From: Takakia lepidozioides
Lineage: Eukaryota; Plantae; Bryophyta
DNA: 64,000 nt
Reading direction: 5' to 3'
Assembly: GCA_030704615.1 (NCBI GenBank)
Contig: CM060731.1
Span: 19,282,001-19,346,000, forward strand
The notes under the pieces: model-generated
What the model was told of the DNA's origin: nothing
Databases searched by the model: none
The model's input: only the letters and a program-made list of their open reading frames with translations
Position numbers and translations under genes: made by a program
Shown here: in pieces, positions 13,834-25,468 of the stretch
How positions within the stretch are numbered: position 1 is the first letter of the stretch
How the letters are laid out: each line of letters starts with the position of its first letter

Positions 13834-14777
13834 GTTTAGACAGCTACACTGAATATATGTATACGACGCCAACCAGAGCTAGCCTAAATAAGAGCCTCTT
13901 CCCCTTGCAGGTAGTGCTCCCTTTGAGGTTGGGTAGCGTGCTCGCGTGAGCAGAAGACAAAATGCCCGAAAATTTGTGAATATTCTCGAAAAGATGTTGC
14001 GGCGAAACTAAAATTGGAAATTTGTGCTCATGGGGACCAAATTGTGCGCATGTGAGCAAGTAGATGGGTTAGTCACCCTATCACCAAACTCAATACATAT
14101 TGTTTCGCCCACGAAACCACAGGATAATGACCTACATAACGATACTTGGAAATTTCGCCGGCGAAACCCATTGTTTCGCTGGAGAAACCCGATACCTTGA
14201 TTTATTTCGTCAACAAAATCCGTTGTTTGCCTCATTATATTAAATTGTTCAACTATTGTTTGATATTGGTGTGTTTTGGATGGTGTTGGTTATTGTGACT
14301 TTGTTTTTCTCTAACGTGTTATTCTTTTCAAAGCTGTAGATATATGGAACTTGCTTGTAGATATACATTATGGGTGCCTATTTCATATTAGGGTTTTGGG
14401 ATTTTATTCCGTTTTGAAAACATATAGCTCATATGACCGCGGTTTAAAAACATAAAACCCCCATGACCGTGGGTTTGTGCTCACCAGTGTGCTCACGTTC
14501 TACCAACCCCCCTCCCTTTCAGGGGGTCACTCCTGGAAATAATTTCATGTTATTTTTTAAGGAAAACAACAGAAATAAGAACGTCATTTGTGCCCACTGC
14601 TAAACCGGGCCGCTAGAATGGTGGTGGGCTGGAATTACTGTGTTATTGATTATTATTTCAATTCTGGGGCTATTATAAGAATATTTTATTTCCAGTACCA
14701 ATCGTACTGGCCGTTCACTGCAGTGGGGTCTATAAAAATGAGGTATACCGTACCTGTATATTATTTTTATATATATA

Positions 14778-14980
14778 TAAGGGAAACACCTGGGAGCGAC
14801 AGCTCATAAATCAGGCCCCTTTGTAGTGAGAGGAGAAAATAACCTCTTTCATTTATGCGGCATGGAAGCGAATGAGTGGGACACCGCCCATGAACCATAC
14901 CACACCCGTCAGTAGCAAGATTTGACCCCAGAATCATTTGGGTGGCACTCAGTGCACTTAACCAACTGAGCTACTGACTG
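14778..14980 (-). mobile_element. tRNA-derived SINE, copy 1
   Basis: Minus-strand head GTCAGTAGCTCAGTTGG (A box)...TGCCAC...GGGTCAAATC (B-like box)...GCTACTGAC; body shared with 19725, 32523 and 33092. Confidence 0.8.
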
Positions 14981-15619
14981 TTATTTATAGTGAGATACAA
15001 TTTACAACTAGGGCTTCGCGTTGCTCCGCTCTACTAGCGACAAATTCTAAGAACTATGTTCAATTTTTCACAAAAAAAAGGGGTGGGTCATCCCCACGAT
15101 GTTACATGCAGAGATCCCATGTTTTTTTTTTCCTGGAAGAAAAATGGCGGATCTGCATTTCAATGTTCAATTTTCACAAGCCGCATCAATCAATAACAAC
15201 ATACCCAAATACCCTTACATTCACTGTATGAACTTTCAAGCCCAAGAAGTGAGGGGGAGTTGAACCCCCTTTTCTACCCGGTATGCAAACACCTCCCCCT
15301 CCCGCCCCCCTCGCCCTCCCCCTCGCCCTCCCCTTCTCTCCGTCCGTCCATCCGTCCCTCCCTCCCCAAGTCCCTCCCCAAGCATCAGACATCACATCAA
15401 ATAACCACCCCCATGTAGCTGCACTGATCACCCTCCCGAAATAAGGAAAGAAAAAAAAACATCCAGAAAAATTGAGAAACCCAAGCCCTCCATAACATCC
15501 CGACACTGAGCCTCGAAGGAAACAACAAATACCGACGCACACACCTATGGCACTCCCAACATTGGGCTAGATCCCACGCAATAGCAAACCAGCACCACTC
15601 ACACTACACCATTTTAAAT

Positions 15620-17475
15620 TTAATGTTGTGTTGGAAATGGCTCAATTCTTCGATTGTTTATGCAATCTCTCAAGTGGGTTTTTATGGCGGATGTTGCGTA
15701 TCGGGAATGTGCGGGATTTAATCCGAATGCTATATCTGTGGCATAAACTATTGCAAATATGCCACAGGATGAATTGTCAGTCTGTTGCATGACATCGGCA
15801 TAGATATAATTGAATTGTGGGACTGGGATTAATTTCGCGAGATGTTGTTCTATTTCGCTCGGTAGCCACTTATCCGCAGGCATGCTGGAGTCAAACACCG
15901 TACATTGACAATTTGTTTCGTTTGGATTTATCATTGTTAGAATCCAATGGTTGTTGTTGACGAACACGTGCTGCAAACACTTCTTGGTGTATTTCATTCT
16001 GCCTAGTAGAGTCGAATACGCATGTTGCTGGTAGTTTTGTGTTTCCAGTTCCTGATCAAATAGCATTTGCATCCCGGCCGCCAAATGTTGGTCACACAAC
16101 CATCCATTGTCATCCAAGATGATTTGTTCGTCGTACGCTGTCAATAGGAGATCTTCGTGCCAATATGTTTCTTGGCGGAAATCTGTGTCGGATTGTTCGT
16201 CTTCGGAATCGATTTCTATAATTTCGAGCGGTGTGGGAGCTAATTCTGAGCAAGTTTGGTTTTCATTTGATTCTATCGGTGTGGGATGTTCGGCTTCAGA
16301 ATTGGTTGGCATTTTTAATTCTCCAAACGTGTGTCTTGGTTGGAGCGTTTTGGTGGCAAGGTTTGTATTCACCGTGCTGATGTGTTCCGTGGACTTGTGT
16401 GATTTTTGTTTTTGGACATTACAATCGGCTTGTGGAGCCATGAACTCTAGTGAGCCTGTCTTGAATTTGGCTCCTTGGATGTCTTCGAACTTAATGTCCC
16501 GAAGTATTACTAGTCCTTGTAGGGAACGCAAACGAGACAGTGTGACGTAAATGTTGTGCATGTTCAAGGGGTGTCCATCTGGTGGTTTTTGCAAGTCGAT
16601 GATTATCCTGTCGAAAGTTTTGTCTTGGCCTTTGTAGTCGGTTAGACAATATGCGGGTATCAGAGGCAATTGATGTCTGCTGATTTTGAATTTCTTTGGT
16701 TTTTTCAGTTCATCCTCCGTGTGGTGATAATCGAACGATCTTGAAACGGGTGTGATGGGCACTACGTTTTCTGGGAGATCTTCTAAATTTATGCTGCTCA
16801 ATGTTTGGTGTTGACTGATGAATTCCCCGAAGTCGATTAATACGTGATTTGGCGGGTGCATTAAATTATCTTCATGTATGATCCAATCATTTTCTGTAGT
16901 CGAGATCCCCACTATTTGTCCGACTGCACCGTTTACAAGCCCCAATCTAGGATACAAATTGTCGGTTAGCATGACTGTCATTCCTTTGTACAATCTAAAA
17001 AATGGAATAAGGTTGTGGCTTCTATTCCCGGGTACGGTCTGTCGGATTGCGAATTGGAATTTGTTGCGGAGTGCGTGTTTTTTGTAGGTGTTTGTTCCTG
17101 TGGTGTAGGACGCGTGGTTAGATTTACGTGTGTAGTATTCTATCATTTGGTGATTGATGGCGTTCTTTAACTGGTTTCGAGGTACAATGTACGTTGCTTT
17201 ATCCCATGGTTCGTTGAAGAGGTTGATTTTCAGTTTCGACATGAATCTTGTTTGTAATAGTTCGAAGTCCGTTTGGGTGAAGTTGTCTTCACGTAGATTC
17301 TGTAGCAATTTCGCATATTGTAGATCGTGGGCTTGTCTCATTTGCTGGGTCAAAATGATTGTGTTAGGCCGTATGTAATTTTCCCATAGGCTCTTGCCTA
17401 TCATCTTTTTTTGTGTGTATTTTGTGAATGTGAATATGGGTTGTATGTTCGTTAAATATAGAGGCGCGTCAGTGG
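15620..17475 (-). CDS. 5'-truncated RepHel-type ORF: C-terminal half of PIF1 helicase fused to Ulp1/C48 cysteine protease
   Basis: QQMRQ, VMLTDNL..RLGLVNG, RHQLPLIPAYCLTDYKGQ, IYVTLSR (PIF1 motifs); GWLCDQH, NNNHW, VFDS, QQTDNSSCGIFA (C48 H-D-Q-C). The frame continues upstream of the Met to ~17475 (TDAPLY) and is then replaced by PPR DNA. Confidence 0.9.
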
Positions 17476-17489
17476 CTCCCTTCGTTTAG

Positions 17490-17945
17490 CATTTGGAATT
17501 GTACCAAATGTCATTCTGGACACTGCCCTGGTGGACATGTATGTGAAATGTGGGTGCATTGAGGATGTAAAGGGAGTGTTCGACAATATGGCTGAATGAC
17601 ATGTGGTGTCGTGGAATGCAATGATCGCAGGATATGCTTAGCATGTTTTGATTCCGTGAGTCAAAATCATGGCCTCACTCCTACAATGGAGCATTTTGAC
17701 TGCATGGTGGATTTTCTTGGCTGCGCAGGTCGAGTGGAGGTGGCAAAGGACTTCATGAACAAAATGCCAATTGAACCAGCTGCTTCAGTGTGGCAGACCT
17801 TGCCTGGTGCTTGCAGAATTCATGGCAATGTGGAGGTGGCAGAAAGTGCAGAAAAATGCCTTTCTAAATGGGATCCACAGGATGCTGCTTATGTGTTACT
17901 ATCAAGCCTGACAGGCGGGACGATACTGCCAAGATTAGAAAAATG
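17490..17945 (+). pseudogene. Captured PLS/E-class PPR fragment
   Basis: TALVDMY.KCG, SWNAMIAGYA, PTMEHFDCMVDFLG.AG, MPIEP.ASVW; stops and deletions present. Confidence 0.9.
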
Positions 17946-17952
17946 TGGGAAC

Positions 17953-18018
17953 AAAGTTACCACCCTGGCTTTGGTGGGGGAAACTCTTTACATTGGCTCC
18001 CAAGATAGAAAAATTCGG
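17953..18018 (+). pseudogene. Captured WD40-repeat exon fragment
   Basis: KVTTLALVGETLYIGSQDRKIR followed by a GT donor. Confidence 0.6.
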
Positions 18019-19404
18019 GTATGCTCTCTGTTCATTTCTATCGCAAATGAGATAGATTATCATGGTAATGTTGAGAATGAGAAGATGTAGTCATTTTCTG
18101 TTGCTATGAATGTTGGTATTAGCTATCCTTGTGATTGTTGGGTATTATGTGCCCTTGGGTATGGTGGATTCAGCGTGGTTTCGAATGCGAAAGAGCGTTT
18201 CCTGCACCTTTCTCGGGGCTGATGGAGAAAGATAAAAAAAATGCATTGTTGAGTGCATAGATTCATAAATAAATTGCTACGGACTAAGTTGTGACTTGTT
18301 TGCACAGGCCTGGGCTCTGACAACGATCAAGCCCTAATGTATTTTCTTAAGCATGTTCTATGATCACATGCCTAATACTAGACACCCTAAGATACCAATT
18401 GTAGGGATGTTATCCCCCTGCTCACAAACACTGGGTAATTTCCGATTGGGTGTTGATCCAGTGTTATCTTGCACTCAAAAGCCTTCATCAATTTACTGTG
18501 ACAGGAAATAAATGTAGTGACAAGTGCGATAATGACAATACAGGGAAGGTTAAAGTTGATGCAATAGAAGAAGCCTATACTATCCAAGTATACCAGGACT
18601 TGTTGTTCACAGCTGGGGCCTTTGTCGAGGGTGGCAGCGCTAAGGTTACTTAAGCTTTCAAACCTTTGACATTAAAACACCAAAAAAATCTGATTAAGGA
18701 AGGATAATTTGTATAGATGAATATTGTTTGTTCTTAAGCTTAAGTTATGGTGAGTTATGTTGTGTTCAATTGAGTTTCAGAAATGCTTGTAACAATGTAT
18801 TGAGCTCTACAAAGATATTTGCATGTGTCTAATATGACTATGTGCAATACAAGTCTGGCCATTAAAGAATTCAAAAAATGCAAAAACTAACGAGAGTGGT
18901 CAGGACCATCAGGGAATACCTCTCCAAGTTAATTCTTACAATGTCTGTGTGTATACGCAAGCAATGACAATAGATTCTTGATGGTCCTTCAACGTCTGTA
19001 CAAGACGAAACGAAAATTGTTAGCAAGTACAAGTGCTAAGGACTACTAACAATAAAACTATTTCAACAAACACATCGTGTCACGATAAAGAGAAACCTTC
19101 CTATAGGTTCAAAGCTTCCATCTTTGCTTTGTGGCCAAGCACAGGGAAGTATTGGGAAGGGAGCTACTGGAAATTAGGCAAGAAAGGTGTGTCTGTCTGT
19201 CTCTAGAAAAACAATTGAACCATGTACAGTATAACCTGTCTAGATCTCAATTGAGACTACATAATTCTTTTCACTGTCATTCCTATGTTTACTAAGGCTC
19301 TTATGTGCTATTCTCATTCCTCCTCTGTCATTACAGTATTGTTGTAACCTGGAGAGCTATTCACACCTGATCCTCCCAAACAGAATTATAGTAGGTACAC
19401 AACG

Positions 19405-19695
19405 TATTTCTCTCCTTCTCTCCTGTTCCGCTCAAACAAAGGTATGGCAAGCAAACAACGTCTCTCTTTCCTTCTTTCCTGTTCCTCTCAAATAAGGCTT
19501 TGCTTGTAATGTCTCTCTCTCTCCTTCTCTCCTGTTCCGCTCAAACAAGGGTATGGCAAGCAAACAACGTCTATCTTTCCTTCTTTCCTGTTCCTCTCAA
19601 ACAAGGCTTTGCTTGTAATGTCTCTCTGATCTCCTTCTCTCCTGTTCCGCTCAAACAAGGCTTTCCTTGCAATGTGTCTCTCTCCTTCTCTCCAG
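19405..19695 (+). repeat. ~110-bp tandem repeat (~2.5 copies) related to the 3' terminal repeat of the LINE at 45365-45530
   Basis: Shares gttccgctcaaac and aagg(c)tatggcaa..acaacgtct with the LINE tail. Confidence 0.7.
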
Positions 19696-19724
19696 CAGTT
19701 CAAGAAGTTCAAGAAAATCAAGAA

Positions 19725-19855
19725 CACTGAGTGCCATTTGATGGTTCTGGGGTCAAATCTTGCTATTTAGATGCCTTTGTGGTGAGGTTGATGTGGAAGA
19801 GGTTATTTTCTCTTATCACTACTTGATTTATGAGCTGTCGCTCTCAGGTGGTTTT
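19725..19855 (+). mobile_element. tRNA-derived SINE, partial copy 2 inside element A
   Basis: cactgagtgcca...ttctggggtcaaatcttgcta...gaggttattttctc...gatttatgagctgtcgctctcaggtg matches the reverse complement of copy 1. Confidence 0.8.
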
Positions 19856-20569
19856 AAGAACTGTCATCAAGCTTTGTCGTAGGTTGGTCGAATTGTAGGG
19901 ATGAAGATAATAAAAGCCTAAACCACCAACTTCCGGGGGCGATTCGGAGGTAAGACCACTATTTTACACCTGGATACCTTGCAACAGCCTGTAAATCCAT
20001 AGTTTACTTTTGCGTTACCTATTGCTTTTTGGTGTTGTTGAGGCTATTCATTGATGTGACTATGTCCACCTCCTCTCCTCTCTAATTCATCTGACCCCGT
20101 AAATGCAAAAGCAAACATATAATACTACAGTCCCACTGACACCTAAACAGACCCGACCAGACACACAGCCATACCAGATAAGTGCTAGCATCAATCACAT
20201 GCCTCAACAATGCTGCCCACACAACTGCCTTGAGTACATACAACTTTCTAGAGCATGTTGATCTTAAGAATTGTTCAAAATAATGTCGGAAGTCCAAACT
20301 TGGTCTAACTTTGTCAACCTCACCCTCATAAACTGGATGATGTACAAGAAGACCTTATATACAATGAAGATGCAGGGATGGACAACATGTCGTTTTGAAA
20401 GAGGGCATTCCCTAATGAAACCAACGTGGGTCCAAACAATGTTGTCCAATTTGTGTTGAATTGTTAACTACACCACAAGCTGAATAATGAGAGATGACTT
20501 CATGACCTCAGAATGAACAGACACCATTGCTATTGTCAAAGAAATCAGTTCCCCTATGAAACTTCCACA

Positions 20570-20690
20570 GGTCCAAAGAAGCTCTCAAGGGCTCACAAAA
20601 TTTGGTGAGGTCTAGCTCCTCAACAACTTTGAGCACATCCTCAGCATCGATGGTTGTCGCTTTGATGCAACCAATGTGCATGACAAATCT
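20570..20690 (-). pseudogene. Captured histone-fold fragment (DNA pol epsilon subunit DPB4 / NF-YB-like)
   Basis: SKRQ/TIDAEDVLKVVEELDLTKFCEPLRASLD with a 1-nt frameshift. Confidence 0.75.
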
Positions 20691-20950
20691 GTCTGCATAA
20701 TATTTGTGCAATCTCCATTCCTGACGCCTATTACTAAGCCCATCAAGAATCTTAGCACTACATCTGCAACTAGTGCAACCACAAAGAATTTATCGATGAC
20801 ACCTCACAAACATTCTGAGACCTAGAGTACCATGGTTTAAATGTGCGAGTCTGTCTTGATCTTACATGCCTCAATGAGATTAAACCCTAGCATGTAACCT
20901 AGCCCAATTGTACCAATGACAACGAACAACAGCCATGGCCTTCAATGCAT

Positions 20951-21245
20951 ACTTATCTTGCATAGCCTTGGAGGCCCGGAGTTTATCTCTTCGCACCAGA
21001 AGATGGACATGGCGAGCATATTTTGTAAGATAGATTGTTTCCTCCGTTGCAGTATCACCCCCTCCCACCACTACGAGTTCTTGCCCTTTGTAAATAGGGG
21101 ATGCTCCATCACAGATAGCACACGCACTGATGCCCCTACTCCAAAATTCATGCAACCACGTATACAAGCTCAGATGCATACGTACCTCACGTTCACTAGT
21201 TCTGACTGTGAAGGGTCGATTCTTAACATCATCTACCCATGCAAG
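20951..21245 (-). pseudogene. NTRC: Captured NADPH-thioredoxin reductase (NTRC-type) fragments
   Basis: [58 protein letters not shown], plus an upstream piece [15 protein letters not shown]|gt. Confidence 0.9.
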
Positions 21246-21465
21246 TTTCTTGTACTTATTCTTCCACAGGGAATCATAGGTAATCTGCCGTCATATACCC
21301 ATCACAGGTCCAATCAAAACAGCAGCCCTAACAGCCACTTTTGGCAAGACCAGACATTTCAAAGACTGCCCTATATAATAAGCTTACAAATATATCACTT
21401 TTAGCAGCTCAATGAGAATCCTGTCAGCTTTGGAAGAACGCAGAAGAAAAAAGAGCGAGAATAAC

Positions 21466-21615
21466 CTCGGCAGGGGTCTGCTCAACGCGAAGGCATCTGC
21501 CATCGAAAATGAAGGCAATAGAGCTGGGATCAATTGACCGACGGTCGCAGTATGCATGCATCAGCTTTCGAAGTGTGGTTGTGGTCTTAATCCTGAAAAA
21601 AACCTCCCCGTCATC
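21466..21615 (-). pseudogene. SUMO: Captured intact 150-bp SUMO middle exon (not in ORF track)
   Basis: ag|[50 protein letters not shown]|gt, matching the plant SUMO1/2 core; first and diGly exons absent. Confidence 0.9.
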
Positions 21616-21796
21616 CTACACATTGCAGCATCTCCGGCCATCCGTTACTAGACCCATACAAATTCTCCTTCACAACACCTTCTTCTCCAACCACCCGAAA
21701 TTACCACAATTCTTGCAGCTTTCTTCACGAGAAGAATCTACTGAGAGTCCCTAGCATTTGATGTAACCAAATATATTTGTGAACCACATAAGAGGT

Positions 21797-22165
21797 GTAC
21801 TTGCGGACCCAGCCATTGTGGGGAAGTACACAGCGCATAACGATCCTGCTTGGGTTTCTTCAACGGGTCAGTCTCGTGCAATGCAGCAGCTGCCTTCATG
21901 TAAGAGCTTCCATCAAGAATCCACTCCATGATGACTGCTGCCTCCATCTGACCTGGGTGGTGCTTCAGCTTGTGAGTTAATAGATCAACAAACTCTGGCT
22001 TTCCTTGCATCACCTCGCAAAAGAGGGCTGAGAGAACCTCAGCAAGTAGGGCTAACACATTTCCACCATAACAGACCGTTGATGCCAAGCCTAACCCCAC
22101 TGCCGTCCCATTAACAAGGGTGAGGCCATCTTTTGGCTACAGCTCAAAGGGCTTCACCCCTTGGC
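21797..22165 (-). pseudogene. PAL: Captured phenylalanine ammonia-lyase fragment
   Basis: [69 protein letters not shown]. Confidence 0.93.
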
Positions 22166-22180
22166 GCATCATTTGCTCAT

Positions 22181-22258
22181 ACGCCTGTACCTCTGTTTAC
22201 CAACTTTGAAAGTCTCGAGGCTGAGCCAAACGCCCAGCCTAGTTATTGGGCAAACCAC
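22181..22258 (+). mobile_element. LINE fragment inside element A, same family as 43668-45530
   Basis: cctgtacc.ctgtttaccaactttgaaagtctcgaggctgagccaaa is nearly identical to 45144-45190. Confidence 0.85.
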
Positions 22259-23434
22259 CAGGCCTACATGCCTACAAGCAGAGAGATATCTAAGCAGGCA
22301 GAGATTGAAACACGGCCTGGCAAGACCAAGCTGACTCTCGCAAGAACCTTGTAAACATCAGGAAGAATACCAAATCATGGTACTAACAACAGGCAGAGAT
22401 TGAAACACAGCCTGGCAATAACCTGTTGTATGTGCTGCTTGTGTCTGTAGTCAGATAATGTCAGATCGATCTATGAATCTGGACCCACACTCGATCCCTG
22501 CTCCTTCAGCTATCCATGCCTGTGCTTGCAAGGTGAACGATGGCGAAAAACGCAGAGCTCCTGCACGATGGCGGAAAATGCAGAGCTCCTGCAGTTCAAG
22601 AAGATCAAGATCCGGGCATTGCGGGCAGTTCCAAAAACGTTGGCGCGGCGATTTCTATTGGGCTATTTCTCGCGGGCCGTCCGGGCAGATTCCAAAGAAA
22701 TTGACGACGACGATGACCTGGCTACGATGACGTGTCTACGATGATGTGGCGACGATGACATGGCACTATGGCACCCTATTCCTGCTCTACGCTAAACTAG
22801 CTTCCAACCTTTGGTCGTCGCTAGAATTTTAAAGAACACTAGGGCTTCGCGTTGCTCCGCACTACTAGCGACGACTTCTGAGAACTACGTTCAATTGGCA
22901 CAAAAAAGAGCGGGTCATCCCCACGCATACAATGATTATTTTGATTGGAAATATATATTATGCAAAAAAACATGAGGAACAATGCAAAGGTATAACATAG
23001 GCACACCCCTATTTATGCCCAAGAAGTGAGGGGGAGTTGAACCCCCTTTTCTGCCCGGTATGCAGACACTTCCCCCCCGTCCCCCCTCCCCTCCCTCTCC
23101 CCCTTCATCCCTCCGTCTCCCCCCCCCCCTTTCATTCCTCCATCCCTCCCCAAGCAGCAAACATCACATCACATCCCATGTATGTGGACTGATTGCCCTC
23201 CCAAAATAGGAAAAAACACCCAGAAAATGAAGAAACTACATTCTGGGCACTGTTGGGGCTAGGATGCGACTTGGGCAACCACCAGGTAAGTTTTACTGTT
23301 GCAGATGCACGATTACTGACTAGTCATGATTGTGTGAGATGAATTTAGCTCTGGTTGGTGGATGGAAGAAACAACCTATGTGGATTAGTCATGCTCATCA
23401 TATGCATTTAGAAAGTCTCGTTTCTTGGATGCAG

Positions 23435-23524
23435 ATTTTCCAGCTTTATGAAATGATTTTGGTGAGACACGAGATAATGCTGGTAGGCTATTCGTATGGG
23501 GCCAAGACAGAGTGCTACAAAGTC
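23435..23524 (+). pseudogene. Captured axonemal dynein heavy chain exon fragment (AAA2 P-loop region)
   Basis: ag|IFQLYEMILVRHEIMLVGYSYGAKTECYKV resembles the dynein consensus QLYE...VRHG.M.VG....GKT. Confidence 0.8.
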
Positions 23525-24356
23525 TATCTTTTTCTCGTCTTTGGTAAGAGGGAAGGGCCAGGATTTGGAAGGCCCTACTACTTTCCTCATGTAGTCCTAA
23601 GTGCGAGTATTAAACCAGCAGTTGTCCAGTCAGAACTGATATAATGTGCATGTAATGCTAGGCAACCAATGCAGGTTGGAAACACTAGTAGCGTTCAGAG
23701 AGAATCAGAAAATTATATTGCATAAGTATATGTCCAATCAGCTTGTTTTTAGTTTCATATACTATTTATATAATATTTTAGCAAAGAGTAACAAAGGCAG
23801 CCAAACACAGGGACCTTACATTCCATACTCTTGTTACCTCAGTCTCAAATATTCTCATAGTAACCGAGGCACTATTTGCAACTTTCTGAGATATATCATA
23901 ATTTTGTAACTTTTACAATAAAACACAAGGTATGTGAAATAAGGCAAAGGACAGAGGAGAAGTTCCTTTTGTGAGAGCGTCTAGTACACCACTTGCCTGC
24001 AGATACTTTTTGAATGTTTCCTTCTGTGATTCACTTGCCTACACACACATGTCAAGTCATCATCTGATTGGTGTGATTTATCTGGTTCGATATACATTTG
24101 TGTCCAACAACCTGTTTGTTTGTTTTTTTCTTCTTGATCTTGCCATATGAGACAATTGCATTTGTTTTCTAGTACCTCTAAAGTGTCATGACAGACATGA
24201 CAGGTTGGTTATAATTTCTTTGTGGGTACCAGGGATGTCTGCCTGTCTCAGGCAGTGGCCACATCACAAACAAATGTGAGCCCGGACTGCACCACCACAA
24301 TCTCAGCATTGACTGGTGAATTACTGGTGACAGTCTAAGTGGAATTGTAAGTGCTG

Positions 24357-25468
24357 AGAACTTCGGACTAGCTAGTTCAAGGCCCACACTTGCATCATCA
24401 AAGTTGAATTTTTATGTATCAGGATAAGCTGGATTTTTGTGTACATATTGTTGATCCACTTCCAAGAGCCGATGCAAATTGATGGTGTACAATGTATGGT
24501 GTGAAAATGGTTGGGCTGCCACATGGTAGAATATAAATAAGGTGGTTCCATGTTTGTTAACATAAAACAACACACACGCAAGATCCTTCAATCATATTGA
24601 AACAAGAAGAATTTGCACATTTCTTTTGGTGTTGGTTCTGCCCATTTTCTTTCCTATTACAAGCAAACATTCAACTGCTTGCTAAACTCAGACATAAATG
24701 TTTGAAATGCTGATTATGAACTTCAGACTACCTAGTTCAAGGCCCACATTCAAATCATCAAAAACTGAATTTTTATGTACCAGGATAAGCTGGATTTTTG
24801 TGTACCTATTGTTGATCCACTTGTTCCACTTCCAAGAGCCGATGCAAATTGATGATGTACAATGTTTGGTATAAAAATGGTTGGGCTGCCACAAGGTAGT
24901 ATGTAAACAAGGTGGTTCCATGTTTATTAACATAAAACAACACACACACAAGATCCCTCGATCATATTGAAACAAGAAGAATTTGCACGTTTCTTTTGGT
25001 GTTGGTTCTGCCCATTCTCTTTCCTATTACAAGCAAACATTCGCATAACTGCTTGCTAAACTCAGAAATAAATGTTTGAAATGTTGTTTATGAACTTCAG
25101 ACTACCTAGTTCAAGGCCCACATTCAAATCATCAAAAACTGATTTTTTATGTACCAGGATAAGCTGGATTTTTGTGTACCTATTGTTAATCCATTTGTTC
25201 AACTTCCAAGAGCCGATGCAAATTGATGATATACAATGTTTGGTGTAAAAATGGTTGGGCTGCCATAGGGTAGAATGTAAACAAGGTGGTTCCATGTTTG
25301 TTAACATAAAACAACACGCACACAAGCTCCCTCAATCATATTGAAACAAGAAGAATTTGCACGTTTCTTTTGGTGTTGGTTCTGCCCATTCTCTTTCCTA
25401 TTACAAGCAAACATTCGCATAACTGCTTGCTGAACTTAGACCTAAATGTTTGAAATGTTGTTTATGAC
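24357..25468. repeat. Three-copy ~360-375-bp tandem repeat in element B
   Basis: Units begin gaacttc(g/a)gacta.ctagttcaaggcccaca at about 24357, 24718 and 25093. Confidence 0.93.

Larger units (their letters stand above)
15008..22824 (-). mobile_element. Helitron-like rolling-circle element A (internally deleted, gene-capturing)
   Basis: Minus-strand 3' end ...gcggagcaacgcgaagccCTAG|T at 15008; subTIR ctagcgac at 15034 and gtcgtcgctag at 22814-22824; contains PIF1-Ulp1 ORF; termini shared with element B. Confidence 0.85.

Noticed and set aside
14905-14980. Genuine tRNA gene
   Set aside because: Imperfect B box and anticodon stem, and the downstream body is shared by four dispersed copies, so it is better explained as a SINE head.
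18380-20460. Further exon-like captured fragments in element A
   Set aside because: Splice-like signals are present, but I could not assign any translation to a family.
24372-25325. Three paralogous small ORFs, or a CRISPR-like array
   Set aside because: They derive from ~370-bp near-identical tandem units with no unique spacers, in a eukaryotic context.
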